Part shown: positions 10,501-18,381 of the stretch, one piece after another | Layout of the letters: every line of letters starts with the position of its first letter | How positions within the stretch are numbered: the stretch's first letter is position 1 | Assembly (NCBI GenBank): GCA_024626585.2 | Contig: JANKJI020000004.1 | Span: 80,942,192 to 80,960,572 of the forward strand | Direction of reading: 5' to 3' | DNA length: 18,381 bases | From: Ginkgo biloba | Taxonomy: Eukaryota > Plantae > Ginkgophyta | Translations under genes and position numbers: made by a program | Notes under the pieces: model-generated | The model's input: the letters and a program-made list of their open reading frames with translations, nothing else | What the model was told of the DNA's origin: nothing | The model's database searches: none

Positions 10501-10810
10501 ATAGAGATGGGCTTGCTCCTAGGGTTGCACCAAACCCTAAAAAGTCCACAGTGGCACTGCAATCTCTCTAATTACTCCTTGAAGGGAGGCACCCCTGGGT
10601 GAATTGCCCTCTTGACCCTATCCTTCACAATTTTCTCCCTCTTAAGCACCTCTACATGGGGTTTCATCATCATGTGCAAAATGTGTAATCGGGCCCCATT
10701 AATAAGCTTAGGTTTTAGCACGTCTCCCAAGGCTAATTTTGGAGTGCTCTTTAGGGCTATCTTTGACCCTCCTCTCAAGGTTAAATTATAGTAGTCTGGG
10801 TTGTAGCATG
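7579..10810. mobile_element. Cluster of non-coding LTR-like remnants, including two diverged related copies (~9007-9130 and ~10050-10203)
   Basis: There is no recognisable coding signal. TG-initiated LTR-like starts occur (TGTAGTGTCCC at ~8469). Two segments ~1.04 kb apart share the blocks cctcttaaac..gcatgctaa..atattaaa, gtaca.atgcataa.gaaa(a)tattcatttata and tacaat.acat..tagg.ttaa...tagtccatt. Confidence 0.5.
8061..8078. repeat. (TC)9 microsatellite
   Basis: Directly visible. Confidence 0.9.
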
Positions 10811-11027
10811 CCAATAGCAACAATTACCTTCCATTTCTTACTAACTAAATGTCATTCTTTTTGCATGCCATGATCATGAAGCCAATTCATAATATCAAAC
10901 AGAACTTCTTCCAAAACCACATCAATTGCTAAAGATTTAATCAATGGTTTCACACCAATTAGAAGCTGAGTAATAACAAGAAGCAAATGTATTATGAGCA
11001 CAATTAGAAATGGCAGTCCATAAATAT

Positions 11028-11225
11028 TAGTCCCTTTTGTGGCTCAAGCAATATGTTGCAACTAATATCCTTGCCTCTGTGATAGAAAAGTAGATCAATT
11101 CCAATGTGTGCCTTTTTGTAGCAATTCCAAAGTATGAGCGATCATCGTCAAAGAGTAAATTTTCTTCAAAAATGAGAACACAATCGTTATAAGAAATCAT
11201 ATGACCCACTACAAAATTAGGTCCC
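11028..11225 (+). mobile_element. Possible decayed hAT transposase C-terminal dimerisation remnant
   Basis: Frameshifted plus-strand fragments LLWLKQY, YPCL, AIP and SSKSKFSS occur in the order of the hAT motif (PLxWWK...YPxL...AIPATSxxSERxFS). The match is weak. Confidence 0.25.
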
Positions 11226-13664
11226 CTTAATCTATTTGAAATACCATTAATACTAGTGACATAGTAATTTAGCCAACTCAACTTATGAAATTTTAAAACC
11301 CATGACAAACATGCACGCTCGCATCAGGTAACCCAATGAGCTTAGAAACAACCTCTAGAGATATATCAACCAAAATAGATATAATTCTCTTGGCAAAAAT
11401 AAAATCCACTAGCAAAGGCGATGATCTTAGCGAAGATTCAAAACCTGAAATTCACTATGGCTACCAATTGGGGATTGTCAACAAAAAGTTGTGACCACTT
11501 AGACACTACTCAATATCAGCATTCTCCCTAATATTAATATTAGAATGAACCAAATATCCTTCCATATCTAGATCCATTCTTAAAAAATCTAAAAATAGAA
11601 AAACCTCAAATAGCAAGCATGAACAACCATTGGCACATGCCTCATGGCAACCACTAGTGGTATCTACAATCTTACTATGAGATGAAACACAAACCAAGTC
11701 GATTTAAATTTACTCACAAGCTTAGTCATAAGATTCACTGATTTTTCAAAAAAAAATCAATTTTCATCATTTTTTTGGGCGAGCTGAATAAATCAATAGA
11801 AACGCCCTTTCTTTTGCACACTGGGGCAAGAGCTTGTTGTATGTCAGGTAGTGGTATTCAAGGAAGGAAGCGCGACGGATTGGGTGCACAGTGCACTTGC
11901 AAATCCATGACAATGGCTGCAACTGCGAAAGAAAGTTGCTTTGCTACAAGCAATAAACCCCAATTTTGGACAAAACAACTTCTCTTCGTTGAGAAACGGC
12001 CTTTGTCAAGGTTCCCATGTTCGACAACCAAAGTTCGATTCCTGCCAAGGCACATCGTCTGACCTTCACATCCTCCTTGGACGAAATCATTGAGAATGCA
12101 AAGGCTATAGACTGTTAAAGGTTTAATAATTTATCTAGCTATGAATTAGTTTAAGGTTTAGAAATAGTTTAGCTACTTTATTCCATTTTGGTCAANNNNN
12201 NNNNNNNNNNNNNNNNNNNNNNNNNNNNNNNNNNNNNNNNNNNNNNNNNNNNNNNNNNNNNNNNNNNNNNNNNNNNNNNNNNNNNNNNNNNNNNNTTAAA
12301 AATTGGTTATTTGTCTACCTATTTCAACAAAAATCAAACACATATTACATGCACGGGGCCATAAGCATCATGGAAACATCATCTAAAAAATGATGTCAAA
12401 TTATAAGCCATCCCACAAGATATTGCTTCTCCTGAGTAGCCACCCAATCATCATGTTGATATATCAAGGAGTAAGGGAACAAATGAACCCAAAAATCTAG
12501 AACCTTTTTCATTTCCAAAAGGTTTCACATATCCAAACATGTTATGTTTTATTGGAATGCGAAATAGATTCTACCTTCAATTGAGTAGACCAATCATCAT
12601 AAGCAAATTTTTCCACTGCAACGAATTGAGGCACGTGCGATACATAAGGAGTACCAAATCACCATGCAAAGGCATCCAATGAGTCTATCCAAGTTGATTC
12701 ATATGTGCAAGACTCCAATGAAAAGCAACGCCCTCTAGAGTAGATAGAAAATCATGATGCCAATTATCATGCAAGTAAATCTAAAGTTGGATCTACTACT
12801 TCACACAATTTTCAATATGCGTTTTAGCTGCTCCACTAAATGATCAACAACAACTTAGCATCTTGCATCAATTGAAACTAAATGTGCTTCTCAACAAAAC
12901 ATGAAGCATGTTGTTGCTTAAGATACTACTACATATTCCCCATGCATTGAGAAAGAACTAAGTGCAGCATATCACAAAACTTCAATCAAGAACAACTATG
13001 GTGACTTGGATCTAACTTTGAACAGATCATAGATCCAAAGGTGCAAATTATGATTTCATCGTTGCGCATCACAACTTCAGGAGGGTGGATTGCAATCTTA
13101 TAATTACATATTGCAAGTTTAGTATAACAATTCGGTCTTTCAACCCAACCACTTAAACAGTAAATTAAAATCCAATAATAAAATGATATAACTAAGTACA
13201 AAGCACACAACACATCAAGCAGCCAAAAGAATAGACTAGACCACTAGGACCTAGGGGGACAAGTCATTATGTCATACGCAAGCTATCATTGTTGGCCATG
13301 AGGATCCCTAGAGGACTTAACCACAGTTGCCAACACAAACCTCTGGTGCCATCAAGGCTAACTGTTAGCTCCAAACGACCTCTCTATTTGAGTCCACCCC
13401 CTACAACTAGAATGAGAGCCAAGGCAAGGGCTTCTTCCTTCATTCAGGCACTAGGGGCATCACTCTATCCACGAGATGCTCCTCCTCATGATGGCTCATG
13501 TTACTTTTGCATTCTCTTCTCGAGCATAGTGGCGTTGTTAAGATCAAATTGGACTTATGGTACCNNNNNNNNNNNNNNNNNNNNNNNNNNNNNNNNNNNN
13601 NNNNNNNNNNNNNNNNNNNNNNNNNNNNNNNNNNNNNNNNNNNNNNNNNNNNNNNNNNNNNNNN

Positions 13665-14428
13665 ACTATCTAACATAATAGAATCCCTGAATCAAAACCT
13701 ATTTCCAATTCCCCAGAAGTGTAAGGTTCTATGGGAGCATCCAAAATAATAGTGTTGGGTTGCTTCACACATTGATACATAGTGTCAAAACAAAAACTTT
13801 TACCTTCATTGGGAATAGAAGTTGTAGTACTAGAAACCTCAACATCATCTTCAATTCTTTTCCATTAGGGACCATGTATTACCAATGGTAATGTNNNNNN
13901 NNNNNNNNNNNNNNNNNNNNNNNNNNNNNNNNNNTAACCATGGACAACTGAGCAAAGAAGGATAAGCCTTTGTCTGGGGAAAAGCAAAAGAGAACAAATC
14001 CTTATCGAGATGCAATACTAGCTAGTTCAACCCAAATCTCATCCAAGACTCCAATCAAGCAAGTCTTTGTTTGGTTCGCCATTCAAATGTAAAAGAACAA
14101 TTATGTAGAACAGGTTTCCCCTAGCACATCCATTGATGTTTAGAAAGTACATTCAAACTGGAACCCCATCAACACTTATATCAGCAATAGTCATACCATG
14201 TATGACCATTCGCACTTTTACCTTTAATGCTTCGTCCATTTGATTCCTTTCATCCCAAAAAGGACCAACCTCCCACCATTCAAAACTAAAGATAATGATG
14301 CTCTCAAGCCCAATTCATCTTTAAATTGTGCATTTTCATTCAAACTAGCCAATACTTAGCAACAACTGTCTAAAGATTGAGCAAGTTTTGGAGGTACACT
14401 AATTGGAATTGTTACTGTCACCTTTTTC
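13665..14428 (-). mobile_element. Decayed gypsy-type aspartic protease (retropepsin) region with flanking polyprotein
   Basis: The minus strand gives KVRMVIHGMTIADISVDG(G)SSLNVLSKHQWMC*GKPVLHNCSFTF.MANQTKTCLIGVLDEIWVELASI...AYPSLLSCPWL. This has the catalytic DGGS-type motif at ~14164-14172, an MADQ-like flap and an LLGRPWL-like end. Confidence 0.8.
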
Positions 14429-14659
14429 TGACACGTATATGTAACTAGCTAGTGTGGACAATGCTTACCATCATCAACCATTGCCTCCTTTGTGATGCTA
14501 TGTACTGGTTTTGGGAACCCAAGTTGTACTCTGTAATTGTATCGTTGTTTGTTTCAAAGATGTTTTATTATTTTACTCGAAAGATGCATGTTGAACTTAT
14601 AATTGTGTTTGTAGTCACACATCAACTTATTGAATAAAGGTTGCAATTGCCCTGTAACA
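14429..14659 (+). mobile_element. Short solo-LTR-like insertion interrupting the gag-protease junction
   Basis: This ~230-bp T-rich non-coding block has TG...CA ends (TGACAC...TGTAACA) and AATAAA ~20 nt before its end. Gag/PR homology lies on both sides. No clean TSD is visible. Confidence 0.45.
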
Positions 14660-16240
14660 CTCTTTCTCTTTCTCAAATTCGGACAATATGTCTCAACTAT
14701 GCTCGACATTTCCTTTGTTGGATTACTAGTCAAAATGGTTCTTCATCATCTCCTTCCCTAACATCAAGACTTATCAAAATAGCGATCATATTTTGCACTG
14801 CATTTCAGTGACAATCCTCATATTCATGATCACTAGGTCTAGATTTCAGACAAATAATTCTACCACTAGTCTTTTCAAGCAAGCAATCTTTGCACTAGTC
14901 TTCCCAATCCAAACAATACATACAATAAACACTCTAAGTTTCCTTCATATTTCTTGTAGCTTGAACCTCAAGTACTCTCACCATCTTGAACCAAATTCTA
15001 ATAATACATATTACACCACTAACCACCATCATGGCCACAACCACAATTACTAATGTGTTGATTGCTCATATTATAATGGTAATTTGAAGTATCATGAGAA
15101 GTCATATAGCAAATTTTACACCATTGTGAATCATTGCTTTACCAGAGTCTGAGTGCTCATTTAGAGTATGACCACAAGTGTTAGGCAAAGGAGGAAACCA
15201 AATATCTTCCCTTATTGATGGTTGTTGGATTTGAGTAGATAGTTTTGCCATCACTATTTGGAAATTATCAACTTAAGCTTTCAGAGCAATCTTCTCTAGA
15301 TCACATTCAAGCATTGGAAGTCTAAAATTCTGATAACGAATATCTTCCTCATTAACTTCCAAAGTACCTTGAATATCTAGTTGTTCATATACCTGAGGAT
15401 TTTCTATCTGCATTTGTTTTTTCAATTGTAAGGCCAGATCACAAACTTGATCATAATTTTGCAAGGAGCATTTTCATATTTTCCCTTGCAATGTTGGAGC
15501 CAAATCATCCAAAATATACTCTATCGAGTGAGGTTGAGAGATTAGTGTATTTTTGTCCATTTTGGAAACAAGAACCTGAACTTGACCATCAAAATCTTGC
15601 ATAGATTCATGCCATCCTTTACAAATTTACACAAGGCTTTCAAAATAGTCAATGGATCCCACAGTCATCGAAAGCGATCTACGAAGGCAAATTGTTGACA
15701 AGCCCATCACTGGATTGTAACATCCATAAGGTATGCACAGCCAAAGCAGTACCCAACAGTGTTTGAAAGAAATGCTTCTTAATTTGTTCTTTATCATAAA
15801 TTCCCCAAATTGCAATCGTATTAAAGCAAGGTAGTCTGTTAGATATGCAGTTCCATCAAAAACCATTGAACCAAACTATTAAATGATTGAACCTTACAGA
15901 AGATCTTCTTCTGCTACTTCTTGATGTTCCGAGCTTACCAGTTCCTCAATCACTGGCTCAATTTTGGTTTCCATCATATGACTCCATACTAATTCCTGTA
16001 GCATATCATTTGTATCCTTAGGCGGCATATGAAGCTCTGCGGCCAACTCACCACTGCTGCCTTGCATTTCCTTTTTCTAGGTTTAGTTTCTCCACCATCG
16101 ATAGAATTTTGATTCTATTCTCCCACTTCTTTCAATTGCTGTCATCTTTGATGCCACTCCTCGCAAGAAATGGAGACAGAATTTGTTCCTTAATTGGTAG
16201 TAGAAGAGCCTTGGGCTGAAGGAAACTTAGCCTGCCATAG
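14660..16240 (-). mobile_element. Decayed retrotransposon gag (capsid-like region plus several CCHC-like zinc knuckles)
   Basis: Minus-strand fragments are FDGTAYLTDYL, KGWHESMQDFDGQVQVLVSKM...ILDDLAPTLQ...QNYDQVCDLALQLKK (Retrotrans_gag-like), WCKICYMTSHDTSNY (~15080-15123) and YCMYCLDWED*CKDCLL (~14880-14927). It is collinear with the downstream protease and the upstream PBS. Confidence 0.65.
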
Positions 16241-16340
16241 AAAGAAAATTAAACACAATAAGAGTAAGAATATAATCAGCTAGGAGTCCAATGTCCTTCT
16301 TAGGGCTATGAGTCATGATCAGCCTTTAGGATCAATTTTA

Positions 16341-17221
16341 ATCTGAGAGATATTCACTACCATTCCCCATGGGAATAATCATAAGGTCATTACCAACAAT
16401 TGGCAGTTACCATGTCAGAATTCATACTCGGTGAAACCAGAGGTCAAAATGAAGAGAATGATCATCTTTAATGATACAACAACGATAACATATGCTCAAA
16501 ACAGTTAGGGTCACAACATTTGTGTGTCACCAAGATTCTATCAGGACAATCAATCAAGGGTCTCACTAAATCACATCCAGTACTAGATTTGCCAAAAATC
16601 TGCATAAAGGAATACAATACAAACTGTTCAGATTCTAGGAGGTGATGGAACCAATGTTTTCTGTTTATCAATTAGCACGATTAGAAGCCAAATCTTGCCT
16701 ATGATCCTGCATTACAGACTTAGATCGCACATTCATTCCTTATCATGAAGCCACACCATCATCCATCATTACACAACCAAACACAGAACAATAGGCAAGA
16801 TGAATCCATAATATTATTAATATGAATATCTGAGAGATATTCACTACCATTCCCCATGGGAATAATCTTAAGGTCATTACCAACAATTGGCAGTTACCAT
16901 GTCAAAATTCATACTTGGTGAAACTAGAGGTCAAAATGAAGAGAATGATCCTCTTTAATGATACAACGACGATAGCATATACTCAAAACAGTTAGGGTCC
17001 CAACATTTGCATGTCACCAAGATTCTATTGGGACAATCAATCAAGGGTTTCACTAAATCACATCCAGTACTGGATTTGTAAAATGTCCGCATAAAGGAAT
17101 ATGATACCAACTGTTCAGATTCTAGGAGGTGATGCAACCAATGTTTTCTGTTTATCAATTATCACCATTAGAAGCCAAATCTTGCCTATGATCCTGCATT
17201 ACAGACTTAGATCGCACATTC
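16341..17221. repeat. Tandem duplication with a 487-bp period (copy 1 16341-16827; copy 2 16828-17221, cut by a gap)
   Basis: An ungapped manual alignment of 16341-16734 with 16828-17221 gives about 26 mismatches in 394 bp (~93%). The paired ORFs at 16468 and 16955 confirm the period. Confidence 0.97.
16641..16653 (-). promoter_or_regulatory. Candidate primer-binding site (tRNA-Glu-like) after an LTR 3' end; second copy at 17128-17140
   Basis: The minus strand reads ...GAAAACA-T-TGGTTCCATCACC. Restoring two CpG deaminations gives TGGTTCCGTCGCC, similar to the complement of the plant tRNA-Glu 3' end (recalled as TGGTTCCGTYGCCGGG). It lies ~400 nt upstream of gag in the right orientation. Confidence 0.55.
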
Positions 17222-17689
17222 NNNNNNNNNNNNNNNNNNNNNNNNNNNNNNNNNNNNNNNNNNNNNNNNNNNNNNNNNNNNNNNNNNNNNNNNNNNNNNN
17301 NNNNNNNNNNNNNNNNNNNNNGCCACAGGTAGCTTAATGCAAGAAAAACACCATTATGCCCTCAATTACATTAAAAACTAATTACATTTTTATAACATTG
17401 AGAAACACATTCATTTGTTTGGATTGTCTTTATTAACACCACCCAACAAAACCACTAATAACTTGCTTCGTCATTGATACATATACTTGACAACTAATAC
17501 ACATGATCGTTATCTTTTATGTATTTGCCACTTGANNNNNNNNNNNNNNNNNNNNNNNNNNNNNNNNNTGAAATTAAATTTAATCCCTCCTAACTAACTT
17601 TCATTCCCCACATGATCATGTCATATAACCTAGGTCCAAACGCTTGATAAATCAAAATCACATATAGGAACCTTTGAGGTCAAATTTTT

Positions 17690-17960
17690 CAAGCCTAACA
17701 CATGTGGCAACAACAATGACAATCTTTGCTCCTTGTCAAACGACTTCAATCATGAAAATTTGACAATCTACAACAGCCACTCCAACCCATTGGCCTAGAA
17801 TTGTCTCTTGCTTTGCAAAACCATCATTTGTGACAAGGGTAATCTAATGCAAGCAACACAAATCTTGGCAAGCTCTCCCAAATTGAATTGTCCTCCAAAC
17901 TTGCTCAATTATGGTGGTTTCACAATTGGCCATCCATTTAGATGAAACCATAAAATAGCA
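17690..17960 (-). mobile_element. Possible decayed DNA-transposon (CACTA Tnp1-like) remnant
   Basis: The fragment IRLP(F)VTNDGFAKQETILGQWVGVAVV loosely resembles the LP.....tLg.a.g..V.W pattern. The match is very weak. Confidence 0.15.
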
Positions 17961-18381
17961 CCATTGTTCTTTGCTAACAATATTCTATTGGTTGTCATCA
18001 CGTAGACAAGAACCATCCATAAGGGAAAAAGAAAACGTTCTCATATGGTTGACTACTACCCTACCCAGTGAAGAATCCTTCTTGAGTTTTTAGATCTTCT
18101 AGTCCATATTGAACTATTAGTTGAAGGATGCACCTGAGTTTGTATTTACATCCATCATTGAGACATATGATCTTCAACATTTAATTGTGCTTTAGGGAGA
18201 TATTAAACACTTGCATTTACACTGTAAACCTATTCATGGAATTTTTCTCACTTCAACATCAACATCCCTTTGCCTTCCAATCGATGTATTTGTTAGAATA
18301 TATCTAATGTAATGGTCATATTTTAATGAAGTTAACATAGATAGTCATAAAGTCACTTTATGACTTAATGTAATAAATGCT

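Larger units (their letters stand above)
1655..18381 (-). other. Probable very long TE-filled intron (>16.7 kb) upstream of the micro-exon
   Basis: The acceptor is at 1656-1655. No minus-strand ORF in the window carries the expected upstream kinase N-lobe/HRD region, and the interval contains only decayed TEs and gaps. This depends on the scaffolding being correct. Confidence 0.65.

Noticed and set aside
11985-12055. tRNA/SINE suggested by the B-box-like GTTCGATTCC
   Set aside because: I could not build a cloverleaf or find a properly spaced A-box, so it is kept only as a note within the CpG-island finding.
12300-13200. Possible decayed coding sequence on the plus strand
   Set aside because: It has frequent stops and no motif I could assign to a TE or host family.
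16468-17158. Twin 67-aa ORFs (MINRKHW...) as a duplicated small-peptide gene
   Set aside because: Both use a non-ATG start at the LTR/PBS junction, and many differences are non-synonymous or CpG-driven. They are a by-product of the tandem duplication.
16341-17221. Repeat pair as the two LTRs of a TRIM, or as a CRISPR-like array
   Set aside because: The units are directly adjacent, have no TG...CA unit boundaries and carry the PBS inside each unit. There is no short repeat-spacer structure, and the context is eukaryotic.
1-18381. Novel multi-gene system or operon
   Set aside because: Only one host gene fragment is supported. All other coding signal is degraded transposon sequence.

Overview
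This is eukaryotic, AT-rich, CpG-depleted land-plant genomic DNA from a fragmented scaffold with 13 N-runs. The long TE-filled intron and the retroelement types suggest a gymnosperm-like genome, which is an inference. The only well-supported host gene is the 3' end of a minus-strand LRR receptor-like kinase resembling Arabidopsis At2g16250 (LRR-XIV, atypical kinase). Its terminal exon is 524-1164, and a 23-nt micro-exon at 1632-1654 that the ORF track misses splices to it in frame. No upstream kinase exon is visible, so the rest of the window (>16.7 kb) is most simply one giant intron full of decayed transposons. These include a Ty3/gypsy RNaseH-integrase fragment (~5225-7100, minus) and a second gypsy-type gag-protease fragment (~13665-16240, minus) whose LTR-end/PBS/leader region is tandemly duplicated with a 487-bp period. 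LTR-like and MITE-like remnants are also present, plus weak LINE, hAT and CACTA-like traces. I see no evidence for a novel multi-gene system. The best leads are the micro-exon, a candidate poison exon, the duplicated PBS unit and an unexplained CpG-retaining island at ~11.8-12.1 kb.
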